Shown: positions 1 to 9,654, counted from the first letter of the stretch. The stretch is 64,000 bases of DNA from a virus (IMGVR_UViG_3300032335_001233:51490-115489); one strand, 5' to 3'. The notes: generated from the sequence alone by a model not told the origin. Translations and numbers: made by a program.

Positions 1-204
1 CCATTGATTAGGGAACCTGGAAATTTTTTTCATGAACTGAGCAACATCGTAATCAACCAGCACAGAGTCTGAATCGCCCATTTTTCCAAGATTATGGTGC
101 GGGCTTGCAACTCCACCGTTATAGCCCAATGGACTTTGTGTGTTATTTAAAATATCACACAATAGCCCGCCACAAGTATAGTGTGGAAAACAAACCAAGT
201 TCAT
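1..204 (-). CDS. Hypothetical protein, 5' part only (runs off the window start); possible P-loop/sulfotransferase-like N-terminus
   Basis: Not in the ORF track. Read manually from ATG at 204: MNLVCFPHYTCGGLLCDILNNTQSPLGYNGG..., with no stop before position 1. Starts just after the stop of the 217..1239 gene. Confidence 0.6.
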   Translation of the reverse strand, partial: MNLVCFPHYTCGGLLCDILNNTQSPLGYNGGVASPHHNLGKMGDSDSVLVDYDVAQFMKKISRFPNQW

Positions 205-216
205 GCTTGATAACTG

Positions 217-1239
217 TCAGTACTTATATATTGCGTTGGGGCCACGTCCAGGCCAGTAATCCACGCAAGGTCCATCCCTTGAAATGTCCACAGTCAAACA
301 GTGCAAGCCGCCGTCCCAGAACCCTCGGCATCTAAAATCAATCACATGTACTGTGAAACCTAGATTTTCTAGTTGTCTACATACGTCGTCGTCCTCAACA
401 ATACAACAGATGTTACGTTCATCAATGACCAACATGTTGACTTCAAACACTGTTTCGGCGCTGTTACCAATCCAATGTTCAGCATAATCAACTATACTGT
501 CATTAAAAATTTGAAGATCTACTCCCGGAACCCACCATCGACCGTTGTATCCGTTGTGTTTTCGTTTAACGGTGGAATTGTTGAGTGTCCAAGTTGACCA
601 GCCTGGAAATGTACGACTGTAGTCACTGCAATAATGCGAAGTAAAAATTTTCTGGGGCGCCACAGGGCAAAAAACCCCATCACTGTGGTCTCCAGTGTGG
701 GTCACATGCACTCTATAAGATTTGGCCAGTTCCTGACAGGCTTGATTTGCAAAGGAGGCACCTGAAGACCGAAAATCATAATCTATAAACAGGTCTCTTC
801 CAACTCTTACTGTGCTGGGGAAGTTTAGATAGCACATAGGATCAGGCCTACTTCTGTCAAGAATTTTACAATCTAATCCAGCAGATCTATATGTGTTAAC
901 AATGTTGTCAAAACCAGTTACTTGATTTTCATATTGTGGAATCACATACAAAGTGTCATTCAAGGTCATGGCCCAGTCTCTAGGAGTTATAGGCGGTTTG
1001 ACTAAATTACCTTGATAATCTCGAAATTTATCTTCTAGATCAAATTTTGGTCTTTGTACGTTGATTCCTAGACTTTGCAATTTGTGTTGAAACTTGTCAA
1101 GATCATGCTTGGTCATCTCTGTAATTTTGCAAAATAGATCTTCTACCCTATTAGGGAATGTTGAATACCAGGATGCTGGATAACAATCGCCTAACCAAAC
1201 TTCGCGCAAAGTTTGAAAACCAGTATGACTTTTAATCAT
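217..1239 (-). CDS. Amidinotransferase (pentein superfamily, glycine/inosamine-phosphate amidinotransferase-like)
   Basis: N-terminal LREVWLG, PRD motif (PITPRD), H-x-D (DHSDG) and C-terminal catalytic Cys motif WDGGLHCLT. Confidence 0.75.
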   Translation of the reverse strand: MIKSHTGFQTLREVWLGDCYPASWYSTFPNRVEDLFCKITEMTKHDLDKFQHKLQSLGINVQRPKFDLEDKFRDYQGNLVKPPITPRDWAMTLNDTLYVIPQYENQVTGFDNIVNTYRSAGLDCKILDRSRPDPMCYLNFPSTVRVGRDLFIDYDFRSSGASFANQACQELAKSYRVHVTHTGDHSDGVFCPVAPQKIFTSHYCSDYSRTFPGWSTWTLNNSTVKRKHNGYNGRWWVPGVDLQIFNDSIVDYAEHWIGNSAETVFEVNMLVIDERNICCIVEDDDVCRQLENLGFTVHVIDFRCRGFWDGGLHCLTVDISRDGPCVDYWPGRGPNAIYKY

Positions 1240-2687
1240 GATGTTTTGATCTTGCCCAGCAGTTGTTTTAGCTTGTTGCTTTGAACGTCAGCTGACACTT
1301 TGTTTGTGTCAGCTGCGGGTTTTTCCCAAGCTGGAGTTCCTGTGGCACGTTCCCATTTTGGTGTAGCATCGTCAGTGTCATTGGATGAGTTAACCGAGCT
1401 TTTTGCCTTGATTGAGTCATAGATACTGGGTTTCTTGAATGCAGAGTTTTCGCCTTCGTCGCCGCCGGCATCAGTAATACGCATGGTTTCAATGTTGTAC
1501 TCCAAATCAATTTTTTGACCAACGCCGGTCGAGCTTCGAGATTTCATACACTGTATTTGATACTTGCCACGTTCTTTCATGGCGCGACTAGTAAAGATAC
1601 CAAACACATTGTCAGCAGTGTTGATTTTAGAGATACCACCCGAAATGTGGCTGTGATCAAACTCAATCTCTTCTACTGCTGATCTATTCAACTGTGAAGC
1701 AGTGACCATGAGCATGCCCAGTTCCTTGGCCAAGTTGCGCAGTTCTTCACTCACATACTTGTCTTTCACAAACAAGTCATTGGGTGAAACCTTGGCTGAT
1801 ACTGGCATCAAGAGGTCAAGATAGTCCACCATGATAAAATCCACTCTGTGCCCGGTCTGTATTTGGTACTCTTTCAAAAACGCACGAATGTCATTGATGT
1901 TTGACTGTGCTGGCAACGCCTTGACGCGATAGCTGCCGGCCTTTTTGCCCACCAGTTTGATCTTGAGAGCTGCGGTTTCTTTGTCGCGACGTATGTCCTT
2001 GGTACTCATCTGTGTGAGCATGGCTGCTGTACGAAGACCTGTGAGTTCTTCGCTGAGTTCTAGAGTGATGTACACACCATGTAGCCCTTGTTGTACCCAG
2101 TTCAAGGCAATGTTCATCATCACAAGGCTTTTGCCTGAGCCAGACCCGCCTGCAAAAATGTTGAGTTCGCCTCGACTGAATCCACCATACAACAATCGAT
2201 CCAGTTGCGACCAACCCGTTGAGACTTGTCCGCCTGCATCAAAGTATTTGGCAAACATGCCTTCAGGATCCAGCCAAAAATCTGTACCAAGGTCCTTGGT
2301 CAAACTGATCTGCACAGCATCCTTGATCAGTTTTTCCACAGGCTCAAACTCACCTTTCTCCAGCAGGTCTGCAGATTTAAGAATGGCTCGCTCCAGCTCT
2401 TGACGACGGGTAAATGCTTCAAACTCTTGCATGAACCAGTCATAGTGACCAGAGTTTAGATCTGGAACTGATTGCAAAACAACACCAGTGGCGGCTTTTA
2501 TCTGTTGCAGGTCAGGCAAGGTTTTGAATTTGTCTGAGTGTTCCTGGAGGAATTTAGCAGCAGGTCTAAGACTGCGGTCAAAGTTCTCAGGATTGTAAAT
2601 GTTCTGAACACGCACATAGCTCTGTGCATCCTCCAACATCATTTCCAAGAACAAACGCTGCACATCAATGCTGTAGTCTTTTAACAA
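1236..2687 (-). CDS. gp41: Replicative DNA helicase (DnaB/T4 gp41-like)
   Basis: Walker A GGSGSGKS, ITLELSE, Walker B MVDYLD, TASQLNR, MKSR arginine finger; adjacent to primase. Confidence 0.92.
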   Translation of the reverse strand: MLKDYSIDVQRLFLEMMLEDAQSYVRVQNIYNPENFDRSLRPAAKFLQEHSDKFKTLPDLQQIKAATGVVLQSVPDLNSGHYDWFMQEFEAFTRRQELERAILKSADLLEKGEFEPVEKLIKDAVQISLTKDLGTDFWLDPEGMFAKYFDAGGQVSTGWSQLDRLLYGGFSRGELNIFAGGSGSGKSLVMMNIALNWVQQGLHGVYITLELSEELTGLRTAAMLTQMSTKDIRRDKETAALKIKLVGKKAGSYRVKALPAQSNINDIRAFLKEYQIQTGHRVDFIMVDYLDLLMPVSAKVSPNDLFVKDKYVSEELRNLAKELGMLMVTASQLNRSAVEEIEFDHSHISGGISKINTADNVFGIFTSRAMKERGKYQIQCMKSRSSTGVGQKIDLEYNIETMRITDAGGDEGENSAFKKPSIYDSIKAKSSVNSSNDTDDATPKWERATGTPAWEKPAADTNKVSADVQSNKLKQLLGKIKTS

Positions 2688-3651
2688 TTTGCTTCTTCCT
2701 CAATTCAATCTTGACTCGGCTGGTTTCTCGAGCCTGGTGAATAGTTAGCACGGTTCCCACCACGCCATATTTCTTCACAGCATCGTTGACATCTTTGATG
2801 TCAGCACCCCAGTCGGGCATGCTCACTGCCCAGCCCAGGGCCACAGCACGATCTACTAGACTCATGCCAGCTGTGTCTTGATCCGGGACCACAGTGATTT
2901 CTCGATCCAGGCTGCGAATCATGCGTGCCTGTGCATCTGAGATGTCGTTGTGCATCACAGCCACTCCATTGATCGATAGTGCATCAAAAATGCCTTCCAT
3001 GACCAAGACTCGTGTCCAGTCTGGCTGTTGCAGATCTATACCAAACACATACCCCGGGGGGCTGTGTGAAATATAACGTGGTTGACGATGGTCCAAAAAC
3101 CTTGCAGTCCAGCCCACAATGTGGTTGTCATGTGTGAACGGGATGATCACATGTGGCCTGACCCAATGGACGCCGTCATTCTGAATCTGTGTCATGGCCG
3201 GAAAGTCTTCCGGAACTCCGCGACTGCGAAGATAATTCCAGTAATGTTCATGTTCTGGGTGCACCAGTTCAGCACAGGGCGGAAGTTCGGCCTCTTCAAA
3301 CGCAATGTTCAACAACTGCTGTTCTACCCGTCGACGATCATCCAAGATGCCTATGACGCTGCGCTGACGCAGGCTTTCAAGATTGATGCGCTCAATTTCC
3401 AAATTGTCCAAGCCCAACCAACCCAACAATCTGCGAGCTCGAAAACTGAGGTTTCGCCCCAGCTGAAACGATGCTGTATATCCACAATTGAAGCAATGAT
3501 AGCTCCAACCACCATCCCAGCTTTTGACACCACCACGTTGACGACGATCTGGCTTGTCACCATTGTGCTCACAACACACAGCATTGAAACTGAGCCAGCC
3601 CGACGGTGTAGTTCTACGTCGGGCTGGCAAATAGTCAAGGATGTCAAGCAT
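2665..3651 (-). CDS. gp61: DNA primase (T4 gp61-like)
   Basis: N-terminal Zn-binding Cys/His (CCEH...YHCFNC), TOPRIM motifs MEGIFDA and PDQD, KDVND. Confidence 0.88.
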   Translation of the reverse strand: MLDILDYLPARRRTTPSGWLSFNAVCCEHNGDKPDRRQRGGVKSWDGGWSYHCFNCGYTASFQLGRNLSFRARRLLGWLGLDNLEIERINLESLRQRSVIGILDDRRRVEQQLLNIAFEEAELPPCAELVHPEHEHYWNYLRSRGVPEDFPAMTQIQNDGVHWVRPHVIIPFTHDNHIVGWTARFLDHRQPRYISHSPPGYVFGIDLQQPDWTRVLVMEGIFDALSINGVAVMHNDISDAQARMIRSLDREITVVPDQDTAGMSLVDRAVALGWAVSMPDWGADIKDVNDAVKKYGVVGTVLTIHQARETSRVKIELRKKQIVKRLQH

Positions 3652-3657
3652 TGCTAT

Positions 3658-3686
3658 AGTTTAGCACCTTTGGCCAAGCAATGCAA
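3658..3686 (-). promoter_or_regulatory. sigma70-like promoter for primase (TTGCAT-17-TAAACT), probably leaderless
   Basis: Hexamers read directly, 17-bp spacer; -10 ends 6 nt before the ATG at 3651. Confidence 0.5.
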
Positions 3687-3689
3687 CTG

Positions 3690-4760
3690 TTATCGGTACA
3701 GTATGTTTTCAATCTTGCCGTTTGAAAACACTACAGTGGCCGCGGTTGAACCTTGAAACTGCAAGGGCACATATCCCGAACCACCGTTTGTGACAGTGAC
3801 CAAACTCACTGTGCCACCAGGGTTTACAGTGGCCACAGCTTCGGCACCAGCACCGTTGCCCAAGATTTGAACATAGGGTGCAGCCACATAGTATTGGCCT
3901 AGATTGTTCAAGGTAATGCCAGTGACCACACCATTAGTGACCTGCACATTGCCTGTGGCTCCATAGCCCACGCTGTTGTTTAGTGCCAATCTCAACAAGG
4001 GATGGTAGCCCAACACGGTAAAATAATCAGTCATGGTGTCATCAAAATACTCGCGACATTCTGAAACATCATACCAAACTGACTCGTAGTTTTCAGCAGC
4101 TTGTATTTTGACTGTACCAGTGTAGTGCACTAGATCAAACTTTATGGTTGTGACAGACCCACCACGAGTGGGCATGTAGCTGCTGTAGAATTCAGTTTCC
4201 TGAATGGAGTTGATGGGCTGTGGATTCAAGGCCCAGTCTGGCCAGCCTGTGGGCGCTGTGCCCACATACTGATTTTTGCCGTACATGTCAGGCACTGTGC
4301 ATTCAGCACTGGGCACAAAAGCCGGAAACACCGAATCCACAATGTTGACATCAGCTCGTGCACCCGAGTTGTCGTCCACAAACGCTGCCTGCACATAGTT
4401 ACCGGCTGTGCGCTGAATACTGTAGCTGGCAGGCTGACCCTGAATGTCTATGGTGTCAGCTGAGTTCAGCACCACCTTGACTCGTCCAGTGCTGGCGCTG
4501 AGTATGTCCATGTCTTTTTCCAGCAGCAGTCGGTCTCCGTTTTGTGTGATCACACGGAAACGAAACGTGCTGCCAGTGATGTTCACAGGCTTTTGGTCTT
4601 GATTGACAAATTCAAACAGCAGGACATTGTCCACGCCTTTGTTGATGGTTAAAGTTTTTGCATACACAGGGTCGTACCTCGCGGTGAAATAGCCACCACT
4701 GGTGTCAATCAATAAAATTCTGGTCAGCTGTTGATATAAGTACGCAGTGGTAGAATACAT
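3690..4760 (-). CDS. Probable virion structural protein (baseplate/upper-baseplate Ig-like N-terminus, Gly-rich C-terminal repeat)
   Basis: beta-rich sequence, NQDQKPVNITG motif, V-T-N-G-G-S-G-Y type repeat; upstream CATAAATA late-promoter motif at 4776-4783. Confidence 0.5.
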   Translation of the reverse strand: MYSTTAYLYQQLTRILLIDTSGGYFTARYDPVYAKTLTINKGVDNVLLFEFVNQDQKPVNITGSTFRFRVITQNGDRLLLEKDMDILSASTGRVKVVLNSADTIDIQGQPASYSIQRTAGNYVQAAFVDDNSGARADVNIVDSVFPAFVPSAECTVPDMYGKNQYVGTAPTGWPDWALNPQPINSIQETEFYSSYMPTRGGSVTTIKFDLVHYTGTVKIQAAENYESVWYDVSECREYFDDTMTDYFTVLGYHPLLRLALNNSVGYGATGNVQVTNGVVTGITLNNLGQYYVAAPYVQILGNGAGAEAVATVNPGGTVSLVTVTNGGSGYVPLQFQGSTAATVVFSNGKIENILYR

Positions 4761-4780
4761 GGCATCCTCAACTGGTATTT

Positions 4781-5158
4781 ATGGGCAACACACTATTTGA
4801 AAAACTGACAGAAAAATATCCCTTCATCACGCTGTGCGTGTACGCCAACCAAGAATACGTGGGCATTGTACAGAATCGTGACGACATGGTGACCACCATC
4901 TACGATTTTGGTGCCATAGTGGATCACCAAGAAAAAATTGTGTATCTTGATCTTGCAGCACAGTGGTGGTGGGAAAGCAATCGATCAATACCCATAAACA
5001 TCTTTCTCAAGCAAGACTGGGAACAATTCCGCCATACTCTACGCACTTTTAACAACCGTGATCTTGAAATCTTGCATGGTCCTACCTGTAGTTTGCTGGA
5101 TCTTGTGCGCAAAAAAGGCAAGCGTCGCAGTATTACTCTTGTGCGCCGGATTGATTGA
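4781..5158 (+). CDS. Hypothetical phage protein
   Basis: 125-aa ORF filling the gap between minus-strand genes; WWWESNRSIPINIFL motif. Confidence 0.7.
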   Translation: MGNTLFEKLTEKYPFITLCVYANQEYVGIVQNRDDMVTTIYDFGAIVDHQEKIVYLDLAAQWWWESNRSIPINIFLKQDWEQFRHTLRTFNNRDLEILHGPTCSLLDLVRKKGKRRSITLVRRID

Positions 5159-5702
5159 GTAAATTCATGTGTAAAGCCACCAATGCAGCATAAGAAATTG
5201 CATGTGCTTTTTTGAACGTATAGCCTCGACTGGTGTCACCATCCCATACTGATGCAAACACTTCGGGCCAAGGCCGTCGCTGTAGGTGTGCTTTTCCTGG
5301 ACGAATAATCGATATAAAAGCTGCCAGACGCGGTATGTTGTCTGGCTTCATTTCTTTCAGCAAATCATAATAGTTGCCCACGTGTGCCAACTGGCTGACC
5401 CATTGAGCGTCGGTCCACAGTCGACTCCAGGGCGGCGTTGCTGCCAGCATGTCTTCATAGTGTTCAGGTGTTTGAATCAGGCTGTACACACTCATGTTCA
5501 AAAAATCCAGTTTGAAATAGCCACGAGTTTCTGCTGTTTCATAGTCTAGGGCTGCACACTGATTCACAGGATCCCACGGAATGTCTGTGACATACACACC
5601 TGTCAAATGTCGCCGGCCATCGCTTAGTCGTGCAGGGGTATGCTGTATCAAATTCAACACAGCACTACGATCAGCAAAGTCCAAGTCAATATCTGCGCTC
5701 AT
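5133..5702 (-). CDS. Miniature DNA polymerase III alpha (DnaE/C-family) palm-finger fragment
   Basis: ADIDLDF (cf. PDIDID), HLTGVYV, GYFKLDFL (cf. KFDFLG), IIRPG and YTFKKAHAISYA (cf. YGFNKSHS) in 189 aa. Confidence 0.8.
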   Translation of the reverse strand: MSADIDLDFADRSAVLNLIQHTPARLSDGRRHLTGVYVTDIPWDPVNQCAALDYETAETRGYFKLDFLNMSVYSLIQTPEHYEDMLAATPPWSRLWTDAQWVSQLAHVGNYYDLLKEMKPDNIPRLAAFISIIRPGKAHLQRRPWPEVFASVWDGDTSRGYTFKKAHAISYAALVALHMNLLNQSGAQE

Positions 5703-6046
5703 TGAGTTTCCGCCAAAGACACCACAATTTTAACTTGTTCTTCGGCTCGATGCAAGGCCAACAAGGCATCTGCCACAGTGGGATGTTTGGCAGCCAAGGC
5801 TTTTATACGTTCATCCTCTACCATTCGGTTCTGTGCCCATTGTATAATTTCTCTAGTCTCGTTGTCTAGTTCAATTTGCGGATAGCTGGATGTCATAGGC
5901 AGCCAGGATGCTCCATCATACACTTCAATATTGTTGCCGTTGTACCGCACCATACCAGCACTGGGTCGACTCATGTCTACGTAAGGTGAATTGTACACAT
6001 TGCCTATGATGTGTATACCTGCACCACCTGTGATATTTCTAATCAT
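5699..6046 (-). CDS. Hypothetical protein
   Basis: 115-aa ORF with a 4-bp overlap into the downstream gene. Confidence 0.65.
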   Translation of the reverse strand: MIRNITGGAGIHIIGNVYNSPYVDMSRPSAGMVRYNGNNIEVYDGASWLPMTSSYPQIELDNETREIIQWAQNRMVEDERIKALAAKHPTVADALLALHRAEEQVKIVVSLAETQ

Positions 6047-6047
6047 G

Positions 6048-6722
6048 TTACCATCCTGCTTGTTTTAAAATTTCTTTGGCATACTCTTGGTCTGCAGAAT
6101 AATCTGCAAATCTCTTTTGCCAAACATCAGAATCAATGTAGGGCCAGATCATGGCCAATTGCTCACTGTTGATATCGCTCAAAAACTTTTGTCCTGATTC
6201 ACTGTTGTAAATTACCCAAGGAGAAATTCTTCCGGCAGTGATGTCATAACACACAGCATTGTGGTTGCCGTAGCGCAACATGTCATGAGCCGGGTGACCA
6301 GTGCGTTCCTGCCAAGTCATGCTGTGCTCTACTGCTCGTGCCAGGGCATCTTGCACAGCTTCTAAACGCAGATACTCCATAAGATAGTCAGTATAGAACT
6401 GGTCCGAACTCCAACGATCAATCTTTTTTTGATTGCGCAACAACCAGGTCATAAACTGTGTGGGGTTGATCACTCGGGTGTTTACACAGTACCGCCCCCA
6501 CTTCACAAATGCACGATAGTATGGCGACTCAGCAAAGTCCTCAAAAGTCTTGAGCCGGGCCGAACCTTGCATGGTTTCGTAAAATTTGAGATAGGCCTGC
6601 AAGCCCAACTGTACACCACGCTCACTTTGTTCCAGTCGTCTACGCTTGGGTTCACACATGTGAACTGCCGCAGACGACTCTTTCATAAAGGTCTTTTTGC
6701 AAAATTCACAAGTGTAGCTCAT
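6048..6722 (-). CDS. Hypothetical protein with N-terminal C2HC/C2H2-like zinc finger
   Basis: YTCEFCKKTF...HMC pattern; located in the replication operon. Confidence 0.7.
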   Translation of the reverse strand: MSYTCEFCKKTFMKESSAAVHMCEPKRRRLEQSERGVQLGLQAYLKFYETMQGSARLKTFEDFAESPYYRAFVKWGRYCVNTRVINPTQFMTWLLRNQKKIDRWSSDQFYTDYLMEYLRLEAVQDALARAVEHSMTWQERTGHPAHDMLRYGNHNAVCYDITAGRISPWVIYNSESGQKFLSDINSEQLAMIWPYIDSDVWQKRFADYSADQEYAKEILKQAGW

Positions 6723-7429
6723 CTTAATAGGTTACGATGTTTGATGTAGTCTGTTAAAAATTCATTTAGCTTTTCATGGTGCCCGGGCATGCGATGTCGA
6801 TATTGTAGCGGCGGAGGATAGTCATTCATGATCACACTTTCTGGCACCTGTTGTTCCATTTGCCAGGGTATGCTGGCCCAGCGATAACGATTCACAAACA
6901 CCATGTCATCACCAAACAAATCCAGTCGAGCATGGTCCAGAAGTTCACCAACGTCATCGTTGACTTGACGAAATACCAGCAGTCGATGCCCGCGACTCTC
7001 TAACCAGTATCGCAAGGATACCAATCGATACATCAGGTCCTCCAGCAGGTCCACACTTCCGCATGCATGACCAGCAAAATTGAGATCAGCCCACTGTCGA
7101 GTTTTTTCTAAATCCCATGGCCCAAGATATTTTTCTGTCAACTGTGATTGCGGATTACGCCAAGCACCTTCAAATTCAGGATTGTTCAAGGCCACTGGCA
7201 GTTCCCAGCGATTGATAAACGTCATGCCCAGTACATACAATGTGGGATGAGTGTTGTTGGTGGCTGCATGCTTGGCTGTGGTACGAATAATTCTTGAATT
7301 TGAGCTGCCGCCCAGTGCAAGACTTTCACAGCTGGGCAGCCCTAACCGTTGGCAAAGATCATGGTGTCCGCTGCCCACAGCATATACTTCCATATAACTG
7401 CATCCATTGACCACAAGATGTGCTATCAT
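6719..7429 (-). CDS. SGNH/GDSL-hydrolase-like protein
   Basis: LVVNGCSY (block I), LALGGSSNSRI (block II), C-terminal H-x-x-P-G-H-H. Confidence 0.55.
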   Translation of the reverse strand: MIAHLVVNGCSYMEVYAVGSGHHDLCQRLGLPSCESLALGGSSNSRIIRTTAKHAATNNTHPTLYVLGMTFINRWELPVALNNPEFEGAWRNPQSQLTEKYLGPWDLEKTRQWADLNFAGHACGSVDLLEDLMYRLVSLRYWLESRGHRLLVFRQVNDDVGELLDHARLDLFGDDMVFVNRYRWASIPWQMEQQVPESVIMNDYPPPLQYRHRMPGHHEKLNEFLTDYIKHRNLLR

Positions 7430-7875
7430 TTTTTATTGTCTCGACCCATTTGCCGATCGTGTTCGTCCAAGTCAGCGTCTGACACCACAGTCATCATGAC
7501 ATCAATCTCATCATCGCGATAGTGTGGAAATATTTCCAACAATCGCCGACGTCGTGCTGATGCACCTGACTCTTTTTTCTTGGGCGCAATCCACACATGT
7601 CGTGGTGTGCCCATGCCCGGACTTGCTGCTGTGGCCATGAGCCATTGCAGTTTGGGATGTCGACTCATGGCAAAAAAGTGTCGATTCAAATAGTGATTGG
7701 TGCTCTGCACATAATATTCTTGTAGTTCTTGACTGCCTTCAATGGCCGAGCCCCAACGCAACATCAAGAATGTGGAAAATTTCTTGCGTTCTTCCACAGT
7801 GAGTTCGTCATAGAATCCACGATTCTTGCGATCCAACTGTCGCATTTCGTTGGCAATGTTTAGTTTGTCACTCAT
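7426..7875 (-). CDS. Clamp-loader small subunit (T4 gp62-like)
   Basis: Size, FSTFLMLRW, HPKLQW, HVWIAPKKK and a C-terminal helix pattern resembling gp62; replication context. Confidence 0.55.
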   Translation of the reverse strand: MSDKLNIANEMRQLDRKNRGFYDELTVEERKKFSTFLMLRWGSAIEGSQELQEYYVQSTNHYLNRHFFAMSRHPKLQWLMATAASPGMGTPRHVWIAPKKKESGASARRRRLLEIFPHYRDDEIDVMMTVVSDADLDEHDRQMGRDNKK

Positions 7876-8110
7876 GAGTTTTCTTTAGATTATACAACAC
7901 AAACAACTGATCCAGCAACTCACGCATGGCCGGATCCGTTTCGCACATGGCCAACACTTGATTTATTTCACTACGATATTCTCTCATGGCAATGCCTTCA
8001 CTTTTTGTCCAACCCACCAACTGCCGCTTGGTTTGACCCATTTTGCGAGCGTAGATACGATCGTCCACACGTTCGTAAACGTAGGTGGCACCTGGCTCAA
8101 GACTGCCCAT
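7868..8110 (-). CDS. Hypothetical protein
   Basis: 80-aa ORF overlapping neighbours in the operon. Confidence 0.65.
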   Translation of the reverse strand: MGSLEPGATYVYERVDDRIYARKMGQTKRQLVGWTKSEGIAMREYRSEINQVLAMCETDPAMRELLDQLFVLYNLKKTHE

Positions 8111-8454
8111 TAGTGATTCCTCATGCCACCAAACACACAGTTGAATAGCATGTTTGAATCGCCATCGTTGATCACACGGTGAAATGCCCCATCTGGAATC
8201 AACACCACTGACCCTGGGCCAACATTGAAGGGCTTGCTGTCTTCATTACCCACAATCATCTTGCCAAAGCCTTGCACAAATACATAAACTTCTTCTTGTC
8301 CCGGATGCCTGTGTCCTCGAGTCTGCTTGCCACGATACAATCGTGTGCTACTGACCACTAGATTGTTTAGTGCACGATTGTCTTTGACCAAATAAGTGTC
8401 ATCATCCTTGATGGTTTCTCCACCAATGTCGGTATTTGAATAATGTAGTTGCAT
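8110..8454 (-). CDS. Cupin-domain protein
   Basis: H-x-H-x4-E (GHRHPGQEE) and IPDGAFHRVIN cupin motifs. Confidence 0.85.
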   Translation of the reverse strand: MQLHYSNTDIGGETIKDDDTYLVKDNRALNNLVVSSTRLYRGKQTRGHRHPGQEEVYVFVQGFGKMIVGNEDSKPFNVGPGSVVLIPDGAFHRVINDGDSNMLFNCVFGGMRNH

Positions 8455-8455
8455 A

Positions 8456-8956
8456 TTACCAAGCCTTGTTGTAGTCCACTAGCTCGCAGTTGCGACTAAC
8501 GTCTTTGACAAAGTACACACAGTCAGGTTTGTCATCATCGGTCAAGGGCACTGCCAACATTTGTCCGTTCTTGAGTTTGGGTGTATACCATGTAATATCA
8601 TGGTATACATCTATGATCTCGATGTCAGGGAAACTGGGCCTAAAACTGCTCAAGGGATTGAATTGAAAAACTTTGAATCCTCGATCATTGATCGATGTCA
8701 AGGGCAGCATTTCAAGGTCACCAATGTCGGGTTCGCCTATCAGCACTTGCCAATCCATGGGCATGCGTATGACGTTGGTGCCTATACGCAACACCAGAGC
8801 CGGGGCTGAAAAACTTTCCAAGAAGATCAAAGGAATGTAGTAGTAGTCAGGGTTGCTGGGATCTGAATTGTCCAGTATGGCAAAGCGCATATCGTCAATT
8901 TCATCTGGCAAGTGGTCCAAATCAAAACAGCAGTTATCTAGTGTTAATATTCTCAT
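8456..8956 (-). CDS. Hypothetical protein (possibly degenerate Hint-like fold)
   Basis: Likely start MRILTLDN at 8956, 6 nt after a TTGACC-18-TATCAT promoter. Confidence 0.7.
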   Translation of the reverse strand: MRILTLDNCCFDLDHLPDEIDDMRFAILDNSDPSNPDYYYIPLIFLESFSAPALVLRIGTNVIRMPMDWQVLIGEPDIGDLEMLPLTSINDRGFKVFQFNPLSSFRPSFPDIEIIDVYHDITWYTPKLKNGQMLAVPLTDDDKPDCVYFVKDVSRNCELVDYNKAW

Positions 8957-8962
8957 AGTGTT

Positions 8963-8992
8963 ATGATAGCACAAAAACACTGGCGTGGTCAA
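8963..8992 (-). promoter_or_regulatory. sigma70-like promoter TTGACC-18-TATCAT
   Basis: Read directly; same TTGACC -35 as the promoters at 13243-13357 and 51054-51082. Confidence 0.55.
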
Positions 8993-9654
8993 TGATTATT
9001 GACCAATTGCTCTAACTTGCTGGCCACACACTGTAAAACCCAGTTGCGATCAGCCAATGGCAGTTGGTGTTGCAGCCAAGATTGGTGGTACTGTCGACAC
9101 TGTTCCGCTGTTGATTGCAATTGTGGCATTTGATCTATTAAAGAATCTATACCCCTAGGTTTGAGCAACATGCTTACGTCAATTTTGTTTGTGGGCTGCA
9201 CTAAACGCATCTGCATCAAGGTCCAATTATAATCGTTCAACCATTCTAGATAAAGCTCGGCTGCTTGTTGTAATTTTACTTGTTGTACCAGATACTGTAT
9301 TTGTTCGTACACTGTTCCGTGGCGACCCATGAGATTTTCAACAGTGGGCCTTGTCAATGCATCTCTTGCTGCCCAGGTCCACATTTGATCACGAACCGGT
9401 ATTACCAGCCATAATGGGGCCAAGGGCATGCGCAGTAGTCTGTCAATGCTGTGACTGCCTATGTATTCGAATGGCATATTGTTGATGGCTTCTATTAGAT
9501 CATGATCATTTAGTCTACGTTCAAGACTTTTGATTGATGCTGACGGAGTAACTGAACCATTGGCAATGTTATGCGGCAACCCCCAGGTCTGGTTGCTACA
9601 ATTGACCACAAAGTCACCGCCAGTGCCACTCACATAGCTGATCACAGTTTTCAT
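8989..9654 (-). CDS. Hypothetical protein (possible P-loop/sulfotransferase-like)
   Basis: Start placed at 9654 (ATGA overlap with the UvsW stop); N-terminal ISYVSGTGGDF. Confidence 0.6.
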   Translation of the reverse strand: MKTVISYVSGTGGDFVVNCSNQTWGLPHNIANGSVTPSASIKSLERRLNDHDLIEAINNMPFEYIGSHSIDRLLRMPLAPLWLVIPVRDQMWTWAARDALTRPTVENLMGRHGTVYEQIQYLVQQVKLQQAAELYLEWLNDYNWTLMQMRLVQPTNKIDVSMLLKPRGIDSLIDQMPQLQSTAEQCRQYHQSWLQHQLPLADRNWVLQCVASKLEQLVNNH

